In this document: in pieces, positions 33,275 through 42,542 of the stretch
Numbering within the stretch: the stretch's first letter is position 1
Layout of the letters: every line of letters begins with the position of its first letter
DNA from: a virus
Taxonomy: Duplodnaviria > Caudoviricetes
Reading direction: 5' to 3' (one strand)
Length of the DNA stretch: 60,793 nt
Virus record (IMG/VR): IMGVR_UViG_3300045996_001676
Coordinates: 1-60,793 of that record
Notes under the pieces: generated by a model
Database searches by the model: none
The model's input: the letters and a program-made list of their open reading frames with translations, nothing else
Told to the model about the DNA's origin: nothing
Made by a program: the position numbers and the translations under genes

Positions 33275-33678
33275 CCCGCGACGCTTTTCTCGATCGACTA
33301 TGCGCACTTCTCCAGCGCACGCGATTTAACTTCTCTTGCGAGCGCCGCCTCCAGGATGGCGTTAGAGAGCTCCTCTCCCTCGACGGCTATCCGTTCGATC
33401 GCGAGTATCGACTTGACCAGGAGAGCCGCGTCGATTTCTGGATCGATCGCTATTTCTACGATGCCGACTGTCTGGGCCCCGGTATCGGCATCGGCCTTGA
33501 GGTGAAGATAAACGGGAGCGCCGCAGAGATCGCCCGCCAGCTCCACCGCTACGCCGAATCGGAAAAAATCGAGGCCCTGGTACTGCTGTCGCGCAAGCAA
33601 AATGTCGAGACTCTCCCGCGCACGCTCAACGATAAGCCGCTGCGCGTGGTCACCCTCTGGGCGAATGGGATTCTATGA
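33271..33678 (+). CDS. PD-(D/E)xK endonuclease-like protein
   Basis: 'E..LQ...REY.L....RVDF...GLEVKI...RQLHRYA'. Confidence 0.75.
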   Translation: MTRDAFLDRLCALLQRTRFNFSCERRLQDGVRELLSLDGYPFDREYRLDQESRVDFWIDRYFYDADCLGPGIGIGLEVKINGSAAEIARQLHRYAESEKIEALVLLSRKQNVETLPRTLNDKPLRVVTLWANGIL

Positions 33679-33705
33679 GCGATAGACCTTTTTGAAAACG
33701 AAGGA

Positions 33706-34377
33706 GTGAATATGACGCGCGACGAAGTAGAGAGGCTCGAACGAGTCGAAACGCTTCTCCAATACCCGGCGGGCATGGATCACTATTGCGAGAGCGAGGC
33801 TTGCTGTATCGAAAAACCGGAGTGCCCCGACATGCACATGCGGGCGGCGCTCCATCATCTAACCAAGATGCTCGAACCTCCGCATGTAAGCCTCCAGCCC
33901 CGCCGCCTCACCAATGACGCTGAAAGAATTTTCGCTGAGGCTTGGCAACGCACCAACGAACGCCAGCCGTGGCTTAATCATGGCTACACTACAATCGAAT
34001 GGATCCTTTGCCCGGACGGCGAAAAGTATCCCGAACGGGTCACACCGCGCGACGCGCAGGTAGCCGCGTCTGTCATTCAGTGGCTCGGGACCGGCGTCGG
34101 TTATGGTTTCCTGCTCGGATGTGAACGACAGATTGATGCAGCTAAAGCGGTGCGGGCTGGGTGGGGTGATTTTGTGTATCGCAACCATGAGCCTCCAGAA
34201 GACGACTTGGCGACCGCTAGGCTAATTGCCGGGCCGATTCATGGGCACGCCGCCTACGAAACGGTAGTTCGGAGCATCTGCGGCGCCTTGGCCGACGCGC
34301 GACGCGAGGCCCTGAATGCTGCTGGCACTTCCGACACTATGCAAACAATCATGGCCGCGGCCGCAGGGAAGGAGTGA
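33706..34377 (+). CDS. Hypothetical protein
   Basis: 223 aa, AAGGAG RBS; 'RDAQVAASVIQWLGTGVGYGFL'. Confidence 0.65.
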   Translation: MNMTRDEVERLERVETLLQYPAGMDHYCESEACCIEKPECPDMHMRAALHHLTKMLEPPHVSLQPRRLTNDAERIFAEAWQRTNERQPWLNHGYTTIEWILCPDGEKYPERVTPRDAQVAASVIQWLGTGVGYGFLLGCERQIDAAKAVRAGWGDFVYRNHEPPEDDLATARLIAGPIHGHAAYETVVRSICGALADARREALNAAGTSDTMQTIMAAAAGKE

Positions 34378-34414
34378 GTACCGAAATGGGGAATTCTCTG
34401 AAAGGCGGTGCGTG

Positions 34415-34603
34415 ATGGCGAAGCTGGTTACACTTACTAAAACACCATTGTGGTGCCCATATGGTCATAAGTTGAGCGAATTCACTGCTACCGTTTATAG
34501 CGTGGACGGTGTGGTCTGGTGTAGTCGTTGCAGGGGAGAGCACGGACGCGGGGCTCACTACAGCCTAAAAGAATGCTACTCCCCGAAGAAAGGTGGTGCA
34601 TGA
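34415..34603 (+). CDS. Small Zn-ribbon cassette protein
   Basis: CPYGH...CSRC; flanked by junction repeats. Confidence 0.55.
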   Translation: MAKLVTLTKTPLWCPYGHKLSEFTATVYSVDGVVWCSRCRGEHGRGAHYSLKECYSPKKGGA

Positions 34604-34899
34604 TGGGAGCTTCTGTTTATGACCGATTAGCTTCTGCACAACTCGAACTCGCCACCGTGCAGCGCGAGCGGGACGAGCTGCGGGCGGTAGTGGAGAAGCT
34701 GCCGAAGACGGCGGATGGGGTGGCAGTGGTGCCGGGGATGGTGGTGTATGCAATTCACCCCATGACGGATTCATACGTGGCAATGATGGTTTACATGGAT
34801 GCCGACAACGACGAGTGGCAGAACGGCAACCGAAATGATTTCTCGGAATGCTACTCCACCAAAGCCGCCGCCCTCGCCGCGAAAGGCGGTGGGAAGTGA
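34600..34899 (+). CDS. Modular cassette protein
   Basis: 'LATVQRERDELRA' module and 3' end shared with 30066..30743. Confidence 0.6.
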   Translation: MMGASVYDRLASAQLELATVQRERDELRAVVEKLPKTADGVAVVPGMVVYAIHPMTDSYVAMMVYMDADNDEWQNGNRNDFSECYSTKAAALAAKGGGK

Positions 34900-35123
34900 A
34901 ACGTCGGCGAGGCATAGGTGCCGTGTTTGACTACGAGACGCCCGAGACAATGCATGCCCTTGCGTTGAAACGCACGGCGCCACTCGTGCTCCCCTGCCTC
35001 ACCTTGAACGACGGGGCGCTCGAGTCGCTCCGCATCTCCTGTTACATCCAGGGCGTTCGCGACGCGTTTTCATCCGTCGAGCCGAAGCCCATAAACCCCA
35101 GCGCGTGGAATGGTGGACTATGA
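34896..35123 (+). CDS. Hypothetical protein
   Basis: 75 aa, GTGA/ATGA coupling. Confidence 0.5.
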   Translation: MKRRRGIGAVFDYETPETMHALALKRTAPLVLPCLTLNDGALESLRISCYIQGVRDAFSSVEPKPINPSAWNGGL

Positions 35124-36799
35124 AAACCTACGGACGGGTGACCCTCGACGGCAATTTTTGGCGCGTGGAAGCACAGCCCCATATCATCATCCGATTAAAG
35201 CGACTCTTCGAGAAAATCGACTCCGCACAACAGGGCGTCGTCACCCTCTCGAATTGCGATGAACACTGCCGGGATCTGGAGTGGTTTCTCGATCGATTCC
35301 CCCTGTCGATCGACTTTTCGACCCGCGCCAAGCTCAAGGCCTCCGCCGCCCGCCACGTGGACCACTTGCGCGGCCTGGAGGAAATGCTCGACCCCGACTA
35401 CACCCCGCGCGCGTTTCCCCTCGCACTCCCCGCCCGCGAGTACCAGCGCCGCGCCGCCGAGCTCTACCTCGCCCAAGGTTTCCTACTGCTGGCCGATGAT
35501 GTCGGGCTCGGCAAGACATGCAGCGCAATTTGTTCGCTGGCCGATGCCCGCACCCTCCCCGCCGTCGTGGTCACAAAAACCGCCCTCCCCGCACAGTGGG
35601 CGGCCGAGATCAAACGCTTTGCCCCACATCTCTACACCTACTGTCTGCGCACGATGGATCCCCTGCGCGAAGAGATCCCTCGCCGCCAGGGCCGCGGCCC
35701 CGACGTGATTATCCTCTCCTATCACAAGCTTTCGACCTGGGCGCAAGTGCTCGCCGCCTACTGCAAGAGTGCCATTTACGATGAAGTCCAGGAGCTGCGC
35801 CGCGACGAATCAGACAAATACCGCGCGGCCGAGTTTGTCGCCCGCAGCGTGAAATTCTCGATCGGCCTCTCCGCCACCCCGATCTACAACTACGGCGGCG
35901 AATTTTTCAACGTCCTAAACATCCTGCGCCCCGGGATCCTGGGCACGCGCGAAGAGTTTTACCGCGGCTGGTGCGTGCGGCAGTCCGACCATTGGTCCAT
36001 CGCCGATCCGGAAGCGTTCGGCACCTACCTCCGAGAACATTTCATGATGCTGCGCCGCACCCGCGCCGAAGTGGGCCGCGAGCTCCCGCCCGTGCAAAAG
36101 ATCGCGCATCGCGTCGACTCCGATCGCGCTACGTTCACTCACATTGAACACTCCGCCGCCGATCTCGCCCGGATCATCCTCTCGCACCACGAGGAGCGCC
36201 CTGGAGAGAAGCGACTGGCCGCGGGCAAACTCGACGCACTTCTCCGCCAAGCGACCGGCGTCGCCAAAGCCCCCTATGTCGCGGATTTCGTGCGGATGCT
36301 GGTCGAGAACGGCGAGCGCGTGCTCCTGGGGGGATGGCACCGCGACGTATACGCGATCTGGCACTCGGAGCTAAAAGACTTGCGCCTTGGGTACTACACC
36401 GGCACCGAAAGCACAGAGAAGAAACTGGAAGCCAAGCGCAAATTCATCGACGGCGAGCTGGACGTTTTGATAATGTCCCTGAGATCCGGCGAGGGTATCG
36501 ACGGGCTTCAAGGCACGTGCCGAAATGTCGTCCTGGGCGAGCTCGATTGGGCCGCTGGCGTGCATGAGCAATTCATCGGCCGTATCCACCGCGACGGCCA
36601 AGCCTCCGGCGTCAACGCTTATTTTCTCATCTCCGATTCGGGATCCGATCCGATCATGGTTGACGTATTGGGATTGAAGCGCGAGCAGCTCGAAGGAGTC
36701 CGCAACCCCAACCGCGCACTAATCGAGCCGATGGCCGTGGATCACGTCGGGCACGTGAAGCGCCTCGCCGAAATGTATCTCCGGAAAGTGGCATCCTAA
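35120..36799 (+). CDS. SNF2-family helicase/ATPase
   Basis: 'LLADDVGLGKT', 'YDEVQ', 'LSATPIYN', 'GEGIDGLQ', 'EQFIGRIHRDGQ'. Confidence 0.92.
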   Translation: MKTYGRVTLDGNFWRVEAQPHIIIRLKRLFEKIDSAQQGVVTLSNCDEHCRDLEWFLDRFPLSIDFSTRAKLKASAARHVDHLRGLEEMLDPDYTPRAFPLALPAREYQRRAAELYLAQGFLLLADDVGLGKTCSAICSLADARTLPAVVVTKTALPAQWAAEIKRFAPHLYTYCLRTMDPLREEIPRRQGRGPDVIILSYHKLSTWAQVLAAYCKSAIYDEVQELRRDESDKYRAAEFVARSVKFSIGLSATPIYNYGGEFFNVLNILRPGILGTREEFYRGWCVRQSDHWSIADPEAFGTYLREHFMMLRRTRAEVGRELPPVQKIAHRVDSDRATFTHIEHSAADLARIILSHHEERPGEKRLAAGKLDALLRQATGVAKAPYVADFVRMLVENGERVLLGGWHRDVYAIWHSELKDLRLGYYTGTESTEKKLEAKRKFIDGELDVLIMSLRSGEGIDGLQGTCRNVVLGELDWAAGVHEQFIGRIHRDGQASGVNAYFLISDSGSDPIMVDVLGLKREQLEGVRNPNRALIEPMAVDHVGHVKRLAEMYLRKVAS

Positions 36800-36814
36800 A
36801 AACGAGGTGACAGT

Positions 36815-37465
36815 ATGGGATTGCCCGCGAACGTCCTGGGCCCCTCCGCACGAGCGCACTACGAAGCCCGCAAGGCAGCCAGCGCCGCGGCGCCGCCGAC
36901 GGCCGCCGCCCGCCAGCTCGTTTCCGCGCGCATCAAAGCCGCCAAGCGCGGCGAGAAAGTCAGCGCTGAGGAATTCCGGAATATGTGCCAGCGCGGCAAC
37001 GTGCCGGAGCCGGTGACTGAATTCGTGTTTCACCCGATCCGGAAATGGCGCTTTGATTACGCGTGGCCAGCGTTCAAAATCGCCCTGGAAGTCGACGGGG
37101 GATCGTTCATCCAGGGGCGGCACAACCGGGGGGGAGGCTTCCGCGACGACATCGAAAAGGCCAACGCCGCCGTATGCCTCGGCTGGGGGATCCTGCGGGC
37201 GCTCCCCGAACAGCTCCTCAAGGCCGATACCGTCGAAATGGTAAAGCGGGCAATGCGCGCCAAACTCGCGGGATTCAGCCCCGCCACCGGCGCCCCGCCG
37301 CCGTTGAAATCCGGCATTTCTACCGGCGGCGCAACCGATTGCCCCACCGGCCACTTACGCACGAAACACGACGCCCCGGGGAATCGTATGGATGGAGTGC
37401 CCCAGCCTGCGCCGCCACCGCCGCCCCGTCCCACCGCCGGACGCCCGCCGCCCCGAAAAATCTAA
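36815..37465 (+). CDS. Vsr/DUF559-like endonuclease (possible resolvase)
   Basis: 'EFVFHPIRKWRFDYAWP..KIALEVDGG...GRH...DIEKANAA..LGW'. Confidence 0.8.
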   Translation: MGLPANVLGPSARAHYEARKAASAAAPPTAAARQLVSARIKAAKRGEKVSAEEFRNMCQRGNVPEPVTEFVFHPIRKWRFDYAWPAFKIALEVDGGSFIQGRHNRGGGFRDDIEKANAAVCLGWGILRALPEQLLKADTVEMVKRAMRAKLAGFSPATGAPPPLKSGISTGGATDCPTGHLRTKHDAPGNRMDGVPQPAPPPPPRPTAGRPPPRKI

Positions 37466-37485
37466 ACTATTTAGCAACTCCAGAG

Positions 37486-37514
37486 TTGACACCGCCCGCT
37501 TTCGGAGTTACTAT
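37486..37514 (+). promoter_or_regulatory. Sigma70-type promoter lacking the operator
   Basis: TTGACA-N17-TACTAT. Confidence 0.65.
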
Positions 37515-37580
37515 ATAGCCACTGGATCACGCTCCCTTGTGGGGGTGGATCTGGTAGGGTTTCCAAATTGGAGAATGACC

Positions 37581-38684
37581 ATGAAGACCGGCAAAACACT
37601 CCCCCAGCTCGCCGCCGAAATCGCCCGCCAGCAGGCCGCTAAGCGCGATTTCGTCGTGTCCGCGAACCGCCTCGCCGTCGACGTCGTGGAAACGTTCGAG
37701 CCCACCAACCCCCAGCATACCCCCGTGCGTCGCGCCCGCCTTCTCATCGATGGCGCCGACAACGGCCGCGCCGTCGAGGCCTTCCCGATTAACGATTACG
37801 CTCACGGCCAGCTCGCGACCAAGCTGGATATCCCCGCCAAGTTTTACGACCGGATCCAGGCCGAGCTCCCCGACCTCTGGCAAACCAACGTCAACCGCCT
37901 GATCTCCCACAAGGGCGGCACTCACCTTGTTCGCACTCTCGACAACAACGCCCGCGCCGTGCTGTCGAACAAATACCGCCGCCTCGATAACGTCGATCTG
38001 ATCCAGGCCGTGCTCCCAACCCTGAACAGCTTGGGCGGCGGGCTCCGGATCGAATCGGCCGAGATCACCGATCGCCGCCTCTACATCAAAGCCGTCTATC
38101 CGAAGATGGAAATGGAAGTGAAGAAAGGCGATCCCGTCCAGGCCGGTATCGTGATCTCCAACTCTGAGATCGGCGCCGGTCGCCTCATGGTGCAGCCGCT
38201 TATCTATCGCCTCGTGTGCACCAATGGCATGATCTCCGAAGATGGCGCCGTGCAGAAATACCACATCGGCCGCGGCATTGAATCCGAGATGCAAGAGCTC
38301 CTCTCCTCCCAGGCACTCAACGCCGACGATCGCGCCTACTGGCTCAAAGCCCGCGATGTCGTCAAGGCCGTTTTGACCGATGCGAAGGCCTTCGGCGCGA
38401 TCGTGGATCGGATGTCGAAGACCACCCGCCAGCTCATCGAAAGCACCCCGACGCAAGTCGTCGAGCTCACCGCCAAAACGTACAACATGACGGAATCTGA
38501 AAGCGCGAAAGTACTCGAACACCTCCTCACCGGCGGCGACACCTCCCGCTATGGCCTCTTGAACGCCGTTACCCGCACCGCCCAGGATGTCGCCGACTAC
38601 GATCGCGCGACTGAGTTGGAATCGATCGGCGGCGATATCCTCAACAATGATGCCACGTGGAAGCGCCTCGCCGTGGCCGCTTGA
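37581..38684 (+). CDS. DUF932-like protein
   Basis: 'AHGQLATKLDIP', 'RAVLSNKY.RLDN', 'ISNSEIGAG', 'RLVCTNGMI', 'YGLLNAVT'. Confidence 0.8.
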   Translation: MKTGKTLPQLAAEIARQQAAKRDFVVSANRLAVDVVETFEPTNPQHTPVRRARLLIDGADNGRAVEAFPINDYAHGQLATKLDIPAKFYDRIQAELPDLWQTNVNRLISHKGGTHLVRTLDNNARAVLSNKYRRLDNVDLIQAVLPTLNSLGGGLRIESAEITDRRLYIKAVYPKMEMEVKKGDPVQAGIVISNSEIGAGRLMVQPLIYRLVCTNGMISEDGAVQKYHIGRGIESEMQELLSSQALNADDRAYWLKARDVVKAVLTDAKAFGAIVDRMSKTTRQLIESTPTQVVELTAKTYNMTESESAKVLEHLLTGGDTSRYGLLNAVTRTAQDVADYDRATELESIGGDILNNDATWKRLAVAA

Positions 38685-38696
38685 TTCCTTCTCCAA

Positions 38697-38743
38697 GGCG
38701 GAGCGGGCTCCCTCCCAGGGCCCCGCTCCGCCACCCTTTTTTT
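38697..38743 (+). terminator. Rho-independent terminator
   Basis: GGCGGAGCGGG / CCCGCTCCGCC stem followed by a T-tract. Confidence 0.65.
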
Positions 38744-38759
38744 CAAAAGGAAGTGCTTT

Positions 38760-39077
38760 ATGTCAGACAAAATGCCCGATGGGTACGTTGGCAAGAGCCG
38801 CATACCGAAATTCACGCCCGCCAATTGCGCTGCTGTCGAAGCCTCCAACGCTCAAAAGCCCTCGATGTACGCCCACACTGAAAAGCCGAAACTCAAAAAA
38901 GGCGATAAGGTTCGCGTCTATCAGAAGCCCCTCACCAATGAAGACGAGGAAGGCATCGCGACGCTTGTCAAATTCGATAGCGTCTCAGAAGGCTACGGGA
39001 CGGAGCGATGGCTCGTGCGATTCGAAGGCGAGGAATCGACGTACCCGCGTGATGTCAAATTTCAAAACCGATGCTAG
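38760..39077 (+). CDS. Hypothetical protein (SH3/KOW-like C-terminus)
   Basis: 105 aa, 'LKKGDKVRVY...WLVRF'. Confidence 0.6.
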   Translation: MSDKMPDGYVGKSRIPKFTPANCAAVEASNAQKPSMYAHTEKPKLKKGDKVRVYQKPLTNEDEEGIATLVKFDSVSEGYGTERWLVRFEGEESTYPRDVKFQNRC

Positions 39078-39089
39078 ACAACAAAATAC

Positions 39090-39167
39090 GGAAGCGCGAC
39101 CAGGGGCCCCGACCACTCGATAGGAGCCCGGCGAGGATGTTGGAAAAGCCCCGCCCGCGCTTCCACC
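39090..39167 (+). ncRNA. Structured RNA 1 with a 9-bp terminal stem and ACC overhang
   Basis: GGAAGCGCG/CGCGCTTCC-ACC; inner GGGGC/GCCCC and CCGAC/GTTGG helices. Confidence 0.5.
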
Positions 39168-39182
39168 TTGAAAATTGAATAT

Positions 39183-39338
39183 GGGAGGCAGTGGCACTCA
39201 GCGGGTGAAACCGTGGGCGCGAGTCGTAAGAGACAAGCGACAGGCTCGGAAACCAATCGCCCCCGGCAGACGTGCCGGGCAGACAGAGGCCCGAAAACCC
39301 CGTCATTGTGCATGGTGTTTCGCCACTGCCTCCCACCA
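39183..39338 (+). ncRNA. Structured RNA 2 with a 13-bp terminal stem ending in ACCA
   Basis: GGGAGGCAGTGGC/GCCACTGCCTCCC-ACCA enclosing several hairpins. Confidence 0.6.
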
Positions 39339-39437
39339 ATCGGCGGATTGTTTCCGTCGCCGCACGAGAGAACCCCACACCCAGGCCATCGCCCGCGCCG
39401 CAAGAGCTGCGGGCAATGCCTCTATGGAGCTGATCAC

Positions 39438-40046
39438 ATGAAACCCCCCTACAAGCCCGGCGATACAATTTTGATCCGCGGGATCGTCGTTAGTGTCCTG
39501 GAGTCCGGCCGCATCACATTCCGAAGGAATAGCGCTGGGATTTCGGTCACATCGACGATGGATCCCTCCGAAGTTGTGAGCCCTGGATCCATTGAAACGC
39601 TCTGCGATGTGATCGCCCGCTATGAGAAGGCCGCTCGCGACGCGATCGCCGAACGCGACGAGGCGAAGCGCGTGTGCAACAGCTGGATTGCGAAATATAA
39701 CGATTTGCTGGACGGTTGCCGCGCGGTCGAGAAAGAGCGAGACGCGGCGGTAAGCCGCGCGGTGAATGCCGAGAAGCGATTACAGGATCTCCAGGAGATC
39801 CATCCCGACGTCGAGCCGCATGTCTGCCTGTCTCTCAATTGCCCACATCAGCAGCAGTTTTTCCCCTCATCGACATTTTTTAGTTTTCGACCGGGCGCAA
39901 ACTACATCATGTTCCGCCATCCCAGCCCCGCCCCTAAGTGGATTGTCACCTTTGGGCCCCAGGTCGACGAAGTGACCCCATTCGATTCCGCGATCGATGC
40001 GATCGTGAGTGATAACTGGCAATTTAACACAAAGGCCTCCCCATGA
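39438..40046 (+). CDS. Hypothetical coiled-coil protein
   Basis: 202 aa from MKPPYKPGD, GGAG RBS. Confidence 0.6.
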   Translation: MKPPYKPGDTILIRGIVVSVLESGRITFRRNSAGISVTSTMDPSEVVSPGSIETLCDVIARYEKAARDAIAERDEAKRVCNSWIAKYNDLLDGCRAVEKERDAAVSRAVNAEKRLQDLQEIHPDVEPHVCLSLNCPHQQQFFPSSTFFSFRPGANYIMFRHPSPAPKWIVTFGPQVDEVTPFDSAIDAIVSDNWQFNTKASP

Positions 40047-41332
40047 AGATTATCGAGCTGTACAGTGAAAATGTGAAGCGCCTTCGCGCCGTCACAATCT
40101 CCCCCACCGATCCCGTTGTCGTCATCGGCGGCAACAACGGCCAGGGCAAGAGCTCCGTGATCGACTCCATTTTCTACGCGCTGGGAGGGAAAGACGCCCT
40201 TCCCCTCAAGCCCGTACATGAGGGTGCCACTCACGCGACGATACGCGTCACCTTGGACGACTTCACCGTCGAGCGCCGGATCGCCCCCGACCGCTCCAGC
40301 TCCCTCCGAATCACCGGCAAGGATGGGGGCAAACTGGCCAGCCCCCAGGCCTTGCTCGATCGCATCGTCGGGGATCTCACGTTTGACCCCCTCGCCTTCG
40401 CGAAGATGAAGCCGCCCGCCCAAGTCGAGGCCTTGCGCAAGGTCGCCGGGCTCGATGAGAAATTCGCCACCCTGGACCGCCAACGCGCCGCCAAGATGGA
40501 AGCCCGCACCCTTTTAGGCCGGGACGTCGATAAGCTCGCTGGGAGCCTCGCCACGATGCCCAGGATCGAAGACGCCCCGAGGGCCGAGGTAGACGTCGGG
40601 GGCCTCATGGCGCAACTGCGCGAGGCCCAGGCCGCCCGGGATTCCGCCGCGTCTCAAAAGGCCAAACTCCGGAACGCGGAGGAGGAAATCCGCCAGTGTG
40701 AAGAATCGATAGCGGATCTGGAGTCTCAGCTCCGCACCTTGCAGGAAGCGCTCGCCGGGTGGAAGACCTACCGCGACAAGCAATCCGCCTATGTCGCCTC
40801 CCTCCCCGACCATGCCCCCACGATCGCCGCCATCGAGGCCCAGATCGCCGGAGCCTCCGAAGCCAACCGGAAGCACCTCCACAACCAGCAACGCGCCAAG
40901 ATCGCCCAGGAGCACGACCAAGCCAAAGCCGCCTATGAGACGTTGACGGCCGCCATCCGCGACATTGCCGCCCAGAAAGAGGCGCTTCTGGCCGCCGCCG
41001 CCTTCCCCGTCCCGGGGTTATCCTTCAACGCCGACGGGGTGACGATGAACGGCCAGCCGTTCGAACAGGCCTCCGCCGCCGAACAGCTGCGCGCCTCCGT
41101 GGCAATGGGCGCCGCCGTGAACCCTGAATTGAAAATCCTCCTGGTGCGCGATGGCTCGCTCCTGGACGCCGATTCGATGCGGATGCTGGCCGAGATGGCG
41201 AAAGAGTCCGATATGCAGGTATGGCTCGAACGCGTGGGCGCAGGCGATGAGAATGCGATCATAATCGAGGATGGCGAGCTCGCCCCCGCGAGCTGGAACC
41301 GCAGGAAAACCGCCGCGAAGGGGACGACATGA
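40043..41332 (+). CDS. SMC/Rad50-like ABC ATPase
   Basis: Walker A 'GNNGQGKSS', long coiled coil, 'ASAAEQ' signature and 'LLVRDGSLLD'. Confidence 0.85.
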   Translation: MKIIELYSENVKRLRAVTISPTDPVVVIGGNNGQGKSSVIDSIFYALGGKDALPLKPVHEGATHATIRVTLDDFTVERRIAPDRSSSLRITGKDGGKLASPQALLDRIVGDLTFDPLAFAKMKPPAQVEALRKVAGLDEKFATLDRQRAAKMEARTLLGRDVDKLAGSLATMPRIEDAPRAEVDVGGLMAQLREAQAARDSAASQKAKLRNAEEEIRQCEESIADLESQLRTLQEALAGWKTYRDKQSAYVASLPDHAPTIAAIEAQIAGASEANRKHLHNQQRAKIAQEHDQAKAAYETLTAAIRDIAAQKEALLAAAAFPVPGLSFNADGVTMNGQPFEQASAAEQLRASVAMGAAVNPELKILLVRDGSLLDADSMRMLAEMAKESDMQVWLERVGAGDENAIIIEDGELAPASWNRRKTAAKGTT

Positions 41333-41778
41333 AGCCTTGGCCCCGCCTCTCCGAAACCCTTCCAGGCCCGCGATCACCAAGCGCATGCCAATCCTGCGGC
41401 GTCACAAATCTAACCCTCAACGCATGGGAGGAGTGCGACGATCAGGATAAACCGACTGGCACTATGGTAATGCTGTGCACCCCGTGCGCTGAGAAGATCA
41501 TCGACCCTCACCCCCGCCTTTACTCTCGGCACCCTCTCAACGAGCCCATGCCTGGATCTATGGCGCTTTGCGCCGCCTGCATCCACCGCGAGGGCTTGAA
41601 GTGCACTCACCCAGCCCTTAAAGCCAACGGCGGCCCTGGCCTCGCCATCCACCAAGAAGCCCCAATAGTCGCGCACGTTGACGGGCGGGATAAGAAAGGC
41701 CGCCGCTTCGGGAAAAACATCGTTATTTACCCCAAGCCGCCGACGCTATGCGTCGGCAGAACCGAGAGATCCCAATGA
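41329..41778 (+). CDS. Cys-rich hypothetical protein
   Basis: 149 aa, CQSCG, LCTPC, CAAC. Confidence 0.65.
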   Translation: MKPWPRLSETLPGPRSPSACQSCGVTNLTLNAWEECDDQDKPTGTMVMLCTPCAEKIIDPHPRLYSRHPLNEPMPGSMALCAACIHREGLKCTHPALKANGGPGLAIHQEAPIVAHVDGRDKKGRRFGKNIVIYPKPPTLCVGRTERSQ

Positions 41779-42275
41779 ACGACCGAGAGCTCTCCAAACT
41801 CAAGCCCGAGGATCGCGAGCGTGTTCGGTCCCTGCTGCGCCTGATAGCGATGCCCGCCTCTCGCATGACGTCGCAAGAGCTCAAGCAAGCGAGAGAGGCC
41901 GCCGGGCTCAGCGTGCCGCAAGCCGCGAAGATTCTGAGATGCTCCCAAAAAGATCTACGCGGCATAGAGGGAGGATTTTGGCGCCCACACGATGCGATGG
42001 CCGAAAGAATGAACGTTACCTATGGGCTGAGCGCGTCAGCCGAGCTCTCCGATATGGCCGCCGATCAGCTCCGGAAGGATAACGAGGCACTCCGGCGCCG
42101 CCTCGCCGTGATGGAGCGACTGTCTGCGCTGGCGCTGCTGGAGACGAACGACGCGCTCACGTGGGGCGGATCCGGGATTCGTCACTCGCTCCACAAGATT
42201 CGCAAATACCTTGAGGAGATCCCAGGCATTAACCTTGTGGCCGCGAGGATCCAGGCCGAAGCCAAGAAGGATTGA
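41775..42275 (+). CDS. HTH (XRE-like) protein
   Basis: 'LKQAREAAGLSVPQAAKILRCSQKDLRGIEGG'. Confidence 0.75.
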   Translation: MNDRELSKLKPEDRERVRSLLRLIAMPASRMTSQELKQAREAAGLSVPQAAKILRCSQKDLRGIEGGFWRPHDAMAERMNVTYGLSASAELSDMAADQLRKDNEALRRRLAVMERLSALALLETNDALTWGGSGIRHSLHKIRKYLEEIPGINLVAARIQAEAKKD

Positions 42276-42284
42276 GAGCGCCAA

Positions 42285-42542
42285 ATGATCCAGGCATGCG
42301 CCTTTTGTCGTCACCCGTTCGACGTCGATTTACTCGGCAAGTACGGATGCCCGAATTGTGAGGGTCAAGGCCCCGTGCGATGCCCCCGCTGCAATCGCAC
42401 GTGCCGCACGCCGGAAGGCCTCGCCGCCCACATTCGCGCCGCTCACATCCACCTTGTTTACTGCCAGTGCGGCCGAGCTTTCAACTCCGATCATGCCCTC
42501 CGATGCCACCGGCGAGACGTCCACCAGGGGGCGAAATCGTAA
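42285..42542 (+). CDS. Tandem C2H2 zinc-finger protein
   Basis: 'CPRCNRTCRTPEGLAAHIRAAH' and 'CQCGRAFNSDHALRCHRRDVH' plus N-terminal CxxC...CxxC. Confidence 0.75.
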   Translation: MIQACAFCRHPFDVDLLGKYGCPNCEGQGPVRCPRCNRTCRTPEGLAAHIRAAHIHLVYCQCGRAFNSDHALRCHRRDVHQGAKS

